NCBI GenBank assembly: GCA_043744475.1
Contig: JAYTUR010000962.1
Span: forward strand, 1-42,176
Reading direction: 5' to 3'
DNA: 42,176 bases
Origin: Saprospiraceae bacterium
GTDB taxonomy: Bacteria; Bacteroidota; Bacteroidia; Chitinophagales; Saprospiraceae
The position numbers and the translations under genes are program-made. Every line of letters begins with the position of its first letter. Position 1 is the stretch's first letter. Positions 14,516 to 25,000 of the stretch are shown piece by piece. The notes under the pieces were generated by a model. It was not told where the DNA came from, searched no databases, and saw only the letters and a program-made list of their open reading frames with translations.

Positions 14516-15118
14516 TTAATCTTTTGTTTTCTTCTTTCTCAAAAAATCAAAGAATCTCTTTTTCTTTTTAATGGGTTTTGTCTTAACCGCATCGTCGACC
14601 TTCAAAATGTAATTTGGATTTTTTACGGCGAGCGTTATGTCGCCTTCTTGATACAATGCCTGTCCTATTATCTCTTTTCCCGCAGGTCTTATATTATAGC
14701 TGTTTGGCAAAATGCCCTGCACCGTGGTTTTTGGACGACTGGCAATGTCGGTTTTCACGTCCGATTCTATTGCCTTGGCATCGGTGAGCGTGCCTGTGGC
14801 TTGAACTTGCAGCTGTTTTGCGGCGACTTGCAATCCGAGAGCTTGTTGTAATAGCTGGTCTTGAACCGTGCTAAAACGAGCTGTGTCCGTTATCACTCGG
14901 ACGCGAAAAATGATAGCAGTTTCGCCTTTGTTACTCACGCTGTCGACGCCTAATTTTTCGACGATGACGCCTGAATCTCTATTTGAGACATACACTTTCG
15001 TTGTTGTAGCGAAGTCCATAATTGAGCGAATGCCCAATCGGTTGTTAGCCACTTTTGTTTGCGCCTGTGCGCTGAAAATGATGCCTAAAAAGGCAATAAC
15101 AAAGAATGTTTTTTTCAT
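14516..15118 (-). CDS. Exported hypothetical protein (200 aa)
   Basis: Signal-like MKKTFFVIAFLGIIFSAQAQ. Lys-rich C-terminus. Confidence 0.65.
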   Translation of the reverse strand: MKKTFFVIAFLGIIFSAQAQTKVANNRLGIRSIMDFATTTKVYVSNRDSGVIVEKLGVDSVSNKGETAIIFRVRVITDTARFSTVQDQLLQQALGLQVAAKQLQVQATGTLTDAKAIESDVKTDIASRPKTTVQGILPNSYNIRPAGKEIIGQALYQEGDITLAVKNPNYILKVDDAVKTKPIKKKKRFFDFLRKKKTKD

Positions 15119-15126
15119 TTTTTAAT

Positions 15127-15849
15127 TTATTTTATTTTTATTATCCAAAAATCGTCACACATAGAACTCAATGCAACAGAAAAAGGCATATAAAAAAGCC
15201 CTTCATGCCCCCAATTTTTACCCCAACTGTTTACACAAGTAAAAAATTTTGTATGGCAATTATATCCTATAATATGCACTGCATGACCTCCTACTAACTT
15301 TTCATTCTTCTTTGGCTTAGGCATAAGCCCTGTTTTTTCAATTATTGAGCCTTCAAAACTTTCATATACATCAAAACCAAAAAGAACTGGATTTCCATTA
15401 AAAAGCGTTTGACATATATCATTTTTTGTTTGATTAACTCTTTCATATTGTTCTATGCAATGCAATAACCCATCTTTATAGCAATTTATAGTAGGCATAA
15501 CTTTAAATTTACTTATATTATATGGGTATAAAACTTCATTACAAATACCAGTTTTGTTTAAACTTTTAACGCTTTGTCTAATGGTACTTCCTGCATCTTC
15601 ATTAATTGTGCCATCTTCTTTACGCTCGTTATAATACAGAAAGAGAGGCGAACCGTCAAAGCCTGTTAAATGGCGATAAACCCTCGCTGCACTAATAGCG
15701 GTGCAACTACCAATTTCCAGTTGGTCATATATTTCAGTTTTGCTTGTGTCAATTTCATAAGACTTTGGATAGTCGTATTTTTTAGGAGAGGTAATTATGA
15801 AATCTCGTTCATCTACTCTCTGTCTTTCCCATCCATAAATTCTTTGCAT
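15127..15849 (-). CDS. Papain-family (C1) cysteine peptidase, no signal peptide
   Basis: Catalytic signatures QLEIGSCTAISA (Cys), GGHAVHIIGY (His) and VNSWGKNWGHEG (Asn/Trp). Markedly AT-rich relative to the neighbouring genes. Confidence 0.85.
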   Translation of the reverse strand: MQRIYGWERQRVDERDFIITSPKKYDYPKSYEIDTSKTEIYDQLEIGSCTAISAARVYRHLTGFDGSPLFLYYNERKEDGTINEDAGSTIRQSVKSLNKTGICNEVLYPYNISKFKVMPTINCYKDGLLHCIEQYERVNQTKNDICQTLFNGNPVLFGFDVYESFEGSIIEKTGLMPKPKKNEKLVGGHAVHIIGYNCHTKFFTCVNSWGKNWGHEGLFYMPFSVALSSMCDDFWIIKIK

Positions 15850-15870
15850 TATGTATTTTTAATATAAATT

Positions 15871-18800
15871 TTAATTACTTACTAATTCCCATTCTGCCCC
15901 ATTTGACCTAAAAGTGACGGTACTACCTATAACTCCCTGTGCTGCAAGTACAAAACTTGCTGCATATACACCGTCTAATTTTTCAATATTCCCTGCCTGT
16001 CCAGTCGTGTTTGTAGTTGGTGTTAGCGTCACCGTTCCTGTGGAAGCTGCACCCCCCGCCTTAAAGCCACGCTTAACGGTTATTAGCCTGTTTTTAAAAT
16101 CCGATGCTTTGGGGAATGTTATTGTGACATTGGTAGCTTCGTTTGTGACCGTCACATAAATATCATCTGCAAGTACCGTGTAGCTTGAAGATGTTGATGC
16201 GTAAACTTTACCAATATTATTAAGTTCTTTATTGACATTTCCAGTTCCAGTTGTAACGACTTCTTTTCCTGTTAAGCCGATATATTGATTTCTTATAAGA
16301 TAGTTAACATTGCTACCAAGTTCAACTCCTGCCTTTTGCGATATTGTTTCTACCCCCCCAGTAGAAGGATTGTCTCCGTTCCAAATGTGGTTTCCTATCA
16401 TACAATCTCCGATGTTGACATTACAATCAGTTGCGTATATGTTTGCGTATGTATTTGTGCTTGACATAGAATTATCATTTACGTTTACACCTTGAATAAT
16501 GACAGAATTTGAACCTGTGATTTTGATGCCTTCACGTTCTGCCAATTGCACAATACCACCTGTAATTGTTATTGCTTTTGCAGTTGAGGCTGCAATATTA
16601 TAGCCGTGTAAGCCCCATGTTAAGTAACAATTTACAAAGTCTATGTTTGTGCCTTTTGCAATATATACCGCATCGTAGCCAGTTGACGGCTCAAATAAAC
16701 AATTTGAAAATTTTACCCAACGAGGATTATGATATACGCCACCTGTGTTATCTATGTACACACCTTCTTTTGCTATGCCTGTTGATGTGTATTGCGTAAT
16801 ACAATCGTCTCCAATGAAAGTATCTGTACCATCTTCCAATTTAATACCATAACCACTTCCTACAAAATGAAAATGTTTAAGCGTGTTCCCTATGCAGTTG
16901 TTTTCGTAGATAAGTCCATTGTTAACTTTGCCAACTGCGATATTATCGCTCATTATCAAGTCGTCGGTTACACCCGAAGAACATTTATTGTACCTTATCC
17001 CGTTCCATGTCGAGTTTATATAAAGATGTGTAAATCTATAATCACCGCTTGTAAACATCTCAATTGCGTAGCCACTGCTACGAGTTGAACGGTTACAAAT
17101 AATGCCAAAATCACTGAATTGAAGCCCTGATATTGCGCCACCTGTTCCATCCACATAAAACATAGTGTTTGTATTATGGTCAATAAAAAACAGGGTTTTG
17201 TACTTATCTTGACCTCTCATTTTTACTGATGACGTTAAGCCAATTCCTGTAACTGAACGGTAAGTGCCGTTTTTGACAAATACTTCAATACCCGATGAAA
17301 TCGCACTTTGAAAACACTTGTTGAAAGCGGTTGCGTTTTCGCCCCCTCCATCGTTTTGCGCCCCGAACCACATTGGGTCGAGGTAGTCAATTGCAGACTT
17401 ATCGAAAATCACGTTTCCGTTTCCGTAAAACGCTTGTTTTCTTGTTTCAATAATACATTTTCCATTTACGTATAGAATCGCCCCTGCATCGCAAGAAATT
17501 GAACTATTGCCTTTTATGACAAGGGTCATTGTAGAAGGTATTGTTATGTCTCCTAATATGTTATAAGCAGAATCAATCACTAATTGACGAATACCTAAGC
17601 TGATAGCCCGATTAAAAGATTCGTAAGCCTTGTTTGTACCACGATTACCGCCAACATCTTCTAAGGTGTAAAATCCACGCTGCGGAAACCATCGTCCGTT
17701 CTGCCAAGTCATTAAAGTGCTTTCTGTGCTAATTATTGAAAGCCCTGTTTGTCGCCAAATTAATGAGGTATCTATGCCTGCTGATGTTGCAGCCGTTATA
17801 ACAGCTTTTGAGCGATAGATAATACCGTTTGTGCCAATAACTAAATTACTATCCGCCGCACTTGTTGAGGCTTGAATACCTAATGCACGAATAGGATTAC
17901 CCTCTGAACCTGCATAAACATCGAGTTTATACTGAGGGGATATGACCCCGATGCCAAACATTTTGTTATTGCCAAGGACGGCTCCTGTTCCGCTATTTGT
18001 GCGAAAACGTAGGTCATAAGCGTCATTTGTTCCAAGTACGGCTGTTGCGCCAAAAGAGTTGCCACCGTTTTGAAATCCAGCATTTGAAACCGCATCGAGT
18101 TGACTTTTGTTGACCGCATCGGTTGATGCTGTACCATTTGCGAGATTCGTTATTTTATTTGTGTTGAGGTTAATTACTCCGTTAACATCGAGTTTTGTTG
18201 TAGGCGTTATACCTATCCCAAAATTGCCGCTTGCGTCAAACCTTGCCCACTCTGTTACGACATTTGATGTCGTCGCTGAACCAAAACGGATGCCGTTTGC
18301 GTTACCACCACCGACTTGATTAATAAGCCAAGTCTCGCCATTGCCACCGCTTCTGTTCCATTGCAAGAATGCGCCCCCTGCACCTATTGCGGTTGTGCCG
18401 TTTGTGCTGAAACCACTTGCTGCGGTTATACTGCCCGAAGATGCTACGACTGAACCCGATTCACTTAGAATAGAGTTGCCAATTGTGTTCGTGCCTGTGA
18501 ATTTTGTTAGGAATCCCGATGTACCCGAAACGGCTGTGTTTATGCCTGTGGCAATTTGTCCAAATGCTGCCGCATCGGTGGAAGCTGTGCCGTTGGCAAG
18601 TGAGGTTATTTTGTTGGACGTTACATCTATTGCCCCTGCTTGGAGGCTTCCATAGCCTGTCGATGCGTTTGTAATTCTTAACACACCTGCGCTTACTCGT
18701 CCAATCCCGACATCATCTGTAGCTGTATGACTGCTGCTGAATCTGATACCTTCCGCATAATTAGAACCGCCTATTCTAAGAAAAGAACCAAACAAATTGT

Positions 18801-19713
18801 TTGTCACAATTGTTGGCAGCGAGTTTGCGGATTGAATGAAAAAACCATAGCTATCAACTGTTTGTAAAAAAGCCACTGCACCGTTTGTGGGCGAATGAAG
18901 TTCGAGTAAGGCTCTGTCACCTGTTGAAGGCTTCAACACTAAGCCAACACTACCATAATGCAGCGATTGTGTAGAGGCAGAGCCGCCTATGTTTGTGCGA
19001 TTGCTTGTTATGCTTACATCATTAGTCGAGCTAACTGAAAGCGCATCGTTGAAAGCAGAAAAGACATTGCTTACTGATAGCGATAAGGCAGTTACAGCCG
19101 TACCGCTATTGTTTTTTATTTTCAGTCCATAATTATTGGATAGTAGAATGTTACCACTACCAACCTCTAATCTTTCACTTGGACTTGTTGTACCAACTCC
19201 GACATTGCCACCGCCAGAGTTGATTGTAAGGTCTGACCAAGCGGCAAGCGTATTCGTTAAGCCGCCTATTAATGCTTTTCCATTCAGTAACCCAACCGCA
19301 ACTCTGTCACCTGCTGCTGCCCCAAAATTTCCCGCAAGCCAATCGGTGTACCCACTTCCTCCGTTTGTCGTGTTAACATTCAGCCCTCCTGTGCCTTGGA
19401 CGTCCAATTTCGTAGTTGGCGAAGACGTGCCGATACCAACATTACCACCCGCCAAAATCCGCATCCGTTCCGTACTATTCGTCCGAAAAATCAAATCATA
19501 AGCTGCATTTGTTCCAAAAATAGAATGAGCCGAAACGGTATTTCCACCAACTTTCCAAACGAGGGTGTCGCTTGAAAAGTAGTTTTTAAGTTGTAATCCT
19601 GTGTAAACACTCGCCCCATTCGTCGTTTTCGAGACAAAACCGTCGGTGTCTGCTTGTGCGAAAAGACAAGCAGACACGAAAGAGAAAAACAATATGATGA
19701 GCGATTTTTTCAT
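15871..19713 (-). CDS. Large tail fibre / tailspike protein with a central pectate-lyase-like beta-helix region
   Basis: Repeats GNVGIGTSSPTTKLDV, GNFGIGITPTTKLDV and KIT(S/N)LANGTASTDA. Beta-helix-like segment YTLEDVGG...LVIDSAYNILGDITIPSTMTLVIKGNS. Lies downstream of the tape measure. Confidence 0.8.
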   Translation of the reverse strand: MKKSLIILFFSFVSACLFAQADTDGFVSKTTNGASVYTGLQLKNYFSSDTLVWKVGGNTVSAHSIFGTNAAYDLIFRTNSTERMRILAGGNVGIGTSSPTTKLDVQGTGGLNVNTTNGGSGYTDWLAGNFGAAAGDRVAVGLLNGKALIGGLTNTLAAWSDLTINSGGGNVGVGTTSPSERLEVGSGNILLSNNYGLKIKNNSGTAVTALSLSVSNVFSAFNDALSVSSTNDVSITSNRTNIGGSASTQSLHYGSVGLVLKPSTGDRALLELHSPTNGAVAFLQTVDSYGFFIQSANSLPTIVTNNLFGSFLRIGGSNYAEGIRFSSSHTATDDVGIGRVSAGVLRITNASTGYGSLQAGAIDVTSNKITSLANGTASTDAAAFGQIATGINTAVSGTSGFLTKFTGTNTIGNSILSESGSVVASSGSITAASGFSTNGTTAIGAGGAFLQWNRSGGNGETWLINQVGGGNANGIRFGSATTSNVVTEWARFDASGNFGIGITPTTKLDVNGVINLNTNKITNLANGTASTDAVNKSQLDAVSNAGFQNGGNSFGATAVLGTNDAYDLRFRTNSGTGAVLGNNKMFGIGVISPQYKLDVYAGSEGNPIRALGIQASTSAADSNLVIGTNGIIYRSKAVITAATSAGIDTSLIWRQTGLSIISTESTLMTWQNGRWFPQRGFYTLEDVGGNRGTNKAYESFNRAISLGIRQLVIDSAYNILGDITIPSTMTLVIKGNSSISCDAGAILYVNGKCIIETRKQAFYGNGNVIFDKSAIDYLDPMWFGAQNDGGGENATAFNKCFQSAISSGIEVFVKNGTYRSVTGIGLTSSVKMRGQDKYKTLFFIDHNTNTMFYVDGTGGAISGLQFSDFGIICNRSTRSSGYAIEMFTSGDYRFTHLYINSTWNGIRYNKCSSGVTDDLIMSDNIAVGKVNNGLIYENNCIGNTLKHFHFVGSGYGIKLEDGTDTFIGDDCITQYTSTGIAKEGVYIDNTGGVYHNPRWVKFSNCLFEPSTGYDAVYIAKGTNIDFVNCYLTWGLHGYNIAASTAKAITITGGIVQLAEREGIKITGSNSVIIQGVNVNDNSMSSTNTYANIYATDCNVNIGDCMIGNHIWNGDNPSTGGVETISQKAGVELGSNVNYLIRNQYIGLTGKEVVTTGTGNVNKELNNIGKVYASTSSSYTVLADDIYVTVTNEATNVTITFPKASDFKNRLITVKRGFKAGGAASTGTVTLTPTTNTTGQAGNIEKLDGVYAASFVLAAQGVIGSTVTFRSNGAEWELVSN
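17930..17939 (+). repeat. Dispersed motif TACTGAGGGG
   Basis: Exact 10-mer in the fibre CDS (ISPQYK). Confidence 0.9.
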
Positions 19714-19722
19714 GTTTTTTGT

Positions 19723-20958
19723 TTACCAAGTCAATGACGCAATCCAAGCCGTACTTGAAATTTTACGAAGACGAATAGTTGTATTTTGGCTATTCGCAGC
19801 AATTGTGTAGCTGCTTGCGCCGTTAAAAGTTTCTGATGCACTGCTATTGATGACAACAGAACCCGTTGACGTGGATAGAATAGGTAATTCCAATAATGCG
19901 CCTGTTGCACCCCCTGATGTGACAGTTACGGTCGTTGTGCTTGTCGAATTGACTGGTGTTAAAGGCGTTGTAGCCGCTAACGTTAAGGTTGCACCTGTTG
20001 AGGTTGTGGCGGGTGTTGTCGCAATTAGGTTGCTAAAAGTTGTTGCACCACTTAAAGTTGTTGCCCCACTCGATGTTAACCCCCCAGAATAAGTTGAAGC
20101 TGTTGACGTTGTTGCGCCTTGGGCGGTTACATTAGCAAGCGTAATATGATTTGAAGATGCACCAAGTGAAACCGCCGTTCCATTCAAAGTAATTGACGAG
20201 TTCGCTAAATTTGCGTTAGGCAATAACCCAGTTACTTTTGTTGTCAAATCTACGGCTGCTGCCCCAATTTTTGCGGTCGTGACTGCCCCTGTTGCGATTG
20301 TTGTTGCATTACCAACACTCGTAACATCGCCTGTCATATTGGCATTTGTTGTAACAGTCGCTGCGTTCCCAGTTGTTGATTGATTTAATGTAGGAAAATC
20401 GGCTGCAATAGCAATTGTCAATGCACCCGTTGTTGTCGTACTTTTTAGAATACCCGTTGCCAATGCGCTTGTTCCTCCGCTATAATCAGTCCCCAACGTT
20501 GCTGCTGTAAAGGCACTTGTACCATTTCCTTTTAATACGCCTGTAAGCGTTGTTGCACCTGAACCACCATTGGCAACGGCTACCGTACCTGTGACATTGG
20601 CGGAAGTACCTGTAATATTGCCACTTGGAATGACATAATCTGTACCCGCTGTTGCGGCAGATATAGCCGTGCCGTTGCCTTTCAATAGACCTGTAACGGT
20701 TGTTGAAAGCGTAATAGCGGGGGTCGTTGTTGCAGTTGCCACCGTACCTGCAAGCCCGTTTGCGCTCACAACGGAAAGGCTTGTAACAGTACCGCCGCCC
20801 AAACCTGTTGTGATATAGGTTTTGAGGGCATCGACAGTGTACGCCCCTGCGCCAGTACCTGCGCTGTTTTCGTATAGCACCTTGTCGGTGCCTGCCTGCC
20901 CGAAGGCGGCTGTTGTTGCGAAAAGTAGTGCCAAAAGCACTATTTTAATCTTTTCCAT
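19723..20958 (-). CDS. Thr/Gly/Ala-rich fibre-like protein (411 aa)
   Basis: Low-complexity repeats (LKGNGT(A/S)...AAT(A/L)GTDY x2). Lies between two fibre-module genes. Confidence 0.65.
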   Translation of the reverse strand: MEKIKIVLLALLFATTAAFGQAGTDKVLYENSAGTGAGAYTVDALKTYITTGLGGGTVTSLSVVSANGLAGTVATATTTPAITLSTTVTGLLKGNGTAISAATAGTDYVIPSGNITGTSANVTGTVAVANGGSGATTLTGVLKGNGTSAFTAATLGTDYSGGTSALATGILKSTTTTGALTIAIAADFPTLNQSTTGNAATVTTNANMTGDVTSVGNATTIATGAVTTAKIGAAAVDLTTKVTGLLPNANLANSSITLNGTAVSLGASSNHITLANVTAQGATTSTASTYSGGLTSSGATTLSGATTFSNLIATTPATTSTGATLTLAATTPLTPVNSTSTTTVTVTSGGATGALLELPILSTSTGSVVINSSASETFNGASSYTIAANSQNTTIRLRKISSTAWIASLTW

Positions 20959-21779
20959 GTCCCAGATTTATTTTTGAATGTTATTGAAATTTTTGAATAC
21001 AGTGTATATATGACAGTGCCTGTACTGTCTTTTATGCGCAATGTGTTTGTCGTATTATCTTCCTTTCGGATGGCAAAAACCCAGTCCGTTGTGCCTGTTG
21101 TGTTGGGCAGCGTGCAATCTTTTACGCCACTTGTACAGTCGAAACCGACGGAGCCATAAGAGCCTGTGAGGGTGAAGTTGGTTGAAACGATGGTGTCTTT
21201 TTCGGCGATGACGCCGTTCATGGTAGCGGCTGCGGTGGTGGCAGAGCCTGTTGATTTAACGCCTTTTGTGTCGATTAGACCGTTTGAAACGATGCCTTTA
21301 TCGGCGGTGAGGGTGTCTTTGAATCGTTTTTTTCCGCCGATTGATTGATTTGAAACCGTATCTACGAAGGGCAGAATGACAATATTCCCGTTGGTTATTC
21401 CGAGATTGAGACCTGACAGGTAGAGCGTTTGGCTGCCACCTGATGCGCTCAATTTGGTGGAATCAATAAGGGCTTTTGAGTTGCCGTAGTAGTCAACCGC
21501 GTATACCCAACCGCGATAATCTGTGACGATTCGGTTGCGTAGGTAGTAAGGGTTATCTTTTTTTGAAACTAATAAAACAGGTTCTTCATAGATTCCGAAG
21601 CCCTGGGCGAGTATGGAGTCAATGCTGTATCTGCGGAGCTGCCCTGCGGCTTGAGAATAGCCTTCTAAGTTTTTACCACGGATTATGTTCTCTTTTAACC
21701 ATAAGTCGGGTCTCTGCTGGGCTTGGATAGCACTGCAAAGACTTGAAAATGTGATAATTAAGAAAACTAAGCGATTCAT
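20940..21779 (-). CDS. Tail/fibre-module protein (279 aa)
   Basis: The track start at 21809 is TTG and overlaps the predicted -7 box. ATG 21777..21779 gives MNRLVFLIITFSSLCSAIQAQ. First gene after the tape measure. Confidence 0.6.
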   Translation of the reverse strand: MNRLVFLIITFSSLCSAIQAQQRPDLWLKENIIRGKNLEGYSQAAGQLRRYSIDSILAQGFGIYEEPVLLVSKKDNPYYLRNRIVTDYRGWVYAVDYYGNSKALIDSTKLSASGGSQTLYLSGLNLGITNGNIVILPFVDTVSNQSIGGKKRFKDTLTADKGIVSNGLIDTKGVKSTGSATTAAATMNGVIAEKDTIVSTNFTLTGSYGSVGFDCTSGVKDCTLPNTTGTTDWVFAIRKEDNTTNTLRIKDSTGTVIYTLYSKISITFKNKSGTWKRLK

Positions 21780-21806
21780 AAAAAAGTAATTGTGTTTATG
21801 TTGGGA

Positions 21807-21843
21807 CAAATGTATGAGTGAGATAAGGGTGTGTTTCGGACAA
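21807..21843 (-). promoter_or_regulatory. Late promoter-like module M6 (upstream of the fibre genes)
   Basis: Minus strand TTGTCCGAAACACACCCTTATCTCACTCATACATTTG, with a TACATTTG -7 box. The 11-mer is degenerate here. Confidence 0.5.
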
Positions 21844-22011
21844 TGGAAAGCGGGCTAATTATTTTTCATTTTAAATGGTTCAATTGTTTGGTTTTTAAAC
21901 AATTGCGTCTTTTTACCCCCATGTTTTCAGTCATCGTCTTTAAATTTTTTCTTCCATTCCCTGTCCGCACAAGCAATTGCTTCTAAGAAAATGCGATATA
22001 TGAATAGACCG

Positions 22012-25000
22012 CTATCCTTTTATTGTTTGAATCCGCTTTTGAGCTTCAGTTATCTCTTTTACAATTGCATAGCCAATTGATACTTTTGCATCAATGCCAT
22101 TTTCCAATACTCTTATTAGTTCTGACAACACAGCAACTAATTGCGTATCGCTCGTCACTTGCTTCACCTCTACCGCATCACTACTCCCACCATATCCACC
22201 CTCTTTCCTCTGCTTCACTCCGCCACTACTTACGATATTATCTATCATCCTAACATGCCATGCCACATCAGGTCGTGTTAGCGCAGCGTTCGATACGAAG
22301 TATTCCGGTCCAGCTTCACTTGCAAGTACAAGCGATGGGCTTGATGGTAACATACCAGTGCGCGGTGAACCGATGTACTGCGCATCATACACGCGCCCAT
22401 CATCTTCACCGCGCACATGATATCCACCATCTTTTTTCTGTTTTACCGATGGGGCATCATTGAGTATTTTTTTCGCTGTTGCTATGTTTGCCAATACTAC
22501 CGCCACACCCGTTGCTACCTTGATAGCTAAGTCTATTGGGGTTATTGATGTACTTGCCGCAGCAGCAACGACCCCAGATATAGCTTGAGCAGTATCTACT
22601 GCAATCTTAGCTAATGCAGCAACCTTCTGTAAGGCAGCAGCCTCTGCTGTCTCATTACCTATAATATCACCAAGTGCCGAGAAAGCATTCCCTATTGCAT
22701 TTGCAAGATCTTGATAATGCGCAATAGATTTATTCACAAACTCTCTCTCCGCTTTTAAGGCATCTACATCCGCCTTAATTCTGATAGCCTTCTTTTTATC
22801 AGCTAACGCCTGTTCTAATTTCGCTTTCTTCTCAACATCGTCGCCTAAAATAGCCTTTTCTTTATCTACCTTGATTTGTAGCTCTTGTATGTCAATTTCT
22901 GCCTTAGCCTTTATGTCTGCTTTAGTCTTTTCTAATTCCTCTTTCGAGCCAGGCTTTATGGCAATAACTGGCTTTTCTATATCCCTCAGTATAGCCTCAT
23001 AATCCTGATTTAGTTTAAGCATATCTTGCTTAAACTTCTCGGTATCAGCATATTCTTTAGCCTGGTCTTCTGCTATTTTTTTAACTTTTTCCGCATTAAA
23101 TTTATTTGTTTCGGCTTGTAATTCAGCATTCATCGCCTTTTCAAGGCGTATTCTTGCAGCTGCCCCTTTTGCCACTATTTCAGGAATACCACTTTCTTCT
23201 AATTCCTTTGCCGCATCCAGTTCTTTTTTATAGCTTTCTCGGATAGCATTTAGCCTCTTTTCTTGTTCGCCTAATTTAGTGGCTGTTATCTCATCTTCGT
23301 GTTTTCTTATCTTTTCTTCAAGTTCACGGTTATGCTTATTCAGCATCGCCAATATTTCAAGGTTGGTTTTGTTTTGTAGTTCTTTTAATATTCGAGTCGC
23401 TTCCTTGCGATTTTCGGGGTCTTTCGATAGTAATAGTTCTTTCGCAATCTCTATTTGTTTATCATATTTCTCTTTTATCTTAATCGCTTCAGATTGGTCA
23501 CGTGTGGCATTCATCTGGTCAATATCATTTTGATATTGAACCAACATCTCCTTCAATTTCAATAGCTTATCCTGTTCTTTTTCGAGTTCTTTTTTCGCTT
23601 TATCATCAACCACACCACCTTCAACCTTTGGCTTTCCTTTATCTAAAACCTTATCGGTTTTTTCTGCTGCTGCGGCAATAGCATCAAATTGAGCAGCTAA
23701 TTGTGGGAATGATTTTTTAAGCTCTTCTAAAAGCTGCTGTTGTTTTAATTTTGCTGTATTTGTAACCTTGCTTTCTCGACCTAAAGCCTCCGTATAACTT
23801 TCAGAGGCGATACGCTTTGATTCGATGACTCGTAATAAGTCTCTGGCTTGCCCTGCCTCGCCATCAAATATTTTTGAATAAAAACTACCATTTTGGAATG
23901 TAGCCCTTAGTTTAGCCGCTAATTCTGTAGCACTTGACTTAGAATCATTTAAAACTTGCCGAGTTTTAACAATCGCGTCAACATAACTAAGCTGTGCAAT
24001 AGCCTGTTTATCCACGATGTTTTTCTGCCTCGTTAAACTCGCTTCAACTTCCTTACCTGCATTTATAGCAAGTATTTTAGCCAAATATTGCTGATTCACC
24101 TCCTGTAACCTATCGCGCAACTGTTCATTTGTTACTTTTTCTTTATCAAGTCCTGCCAAAAATTTAGGTTGTATTGCTACAATTTGGTCTATTATAGCTT
24201 TCCTTTTTTGGCTACCGATTTCATATTTAGTAACATTTTCAACAAGTACAGACAGCTCTGTGCGCTCTTTTTCGGTTGCCTTCAACATAGAATCCATGCG
24301 CGGCGTAAGAGAATCAAACCCTTTATTGAATTTATCAAAGAAATCAATCGCAAATCCCAAAACAGGTTTCAGCCCATTGGCAACACTTGAAAATACATTT
24401 TTGCTGAATATTTGTATGTTATCTTTTAATGTCGAAAACAACCCATCTACCGTTTTAGATTGCTTTTCCATCAGATTGAAAAACTTGCCACCTTCTTGTG
24501 ACATCGCAAAAATGGCTTTTTCAACATCCTTAAAACCAATTTTACCAGTTTCAGACATTTTGAATATCTCCGCTTCAGACACCTTAAATTGCGCAGCTAA
24601 AGCGGCAATCAGGGGTACACCTGCTTCCGTAAATTGCTTTAATTCACCACCGGCTAACTTTGTTTTAGTGGCAACCTGACCAAAAGCAAGAACCAATTGT
24701 GGAAGCTTTTCTTTCCCAACACCAGCAGCGATATTGCCCAAAGACTCCATCGTAGGGATAATCTTCTCCGTCTCAATACCCATTGCCAACAATCGCTTGC
24801 TATAATCTATCAATTCCGATTGTTCAAAAGGTGTTTTAGCCGCCAACTCTACAATCTTTTGAATCAGTAAACCCGCTTTTTCAGATGAACCTATCATCGT
24901 TTCAAAAGCGATTTGAGCCTGCTCAAAGTCTGACGCCGCTTTTATACCAGCCATACCAAACTCTAAAACCTTTTGTGCAGCAAAAGCCGCCGCCGCAACA

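Noticed and set aside
22983-22991. Partial motif copies: CCCTCAGTA in the tape-measure gene, TTTTACTGATGACG at 17221, TCGAGGGGTGT at about 27323, CCCCCCCAGTAG at about 16363.
   Set aside because: Nine-mer or two-mismatch matches are expected by chance at about 0.3 or more per window, so they were not counted as motif copies.
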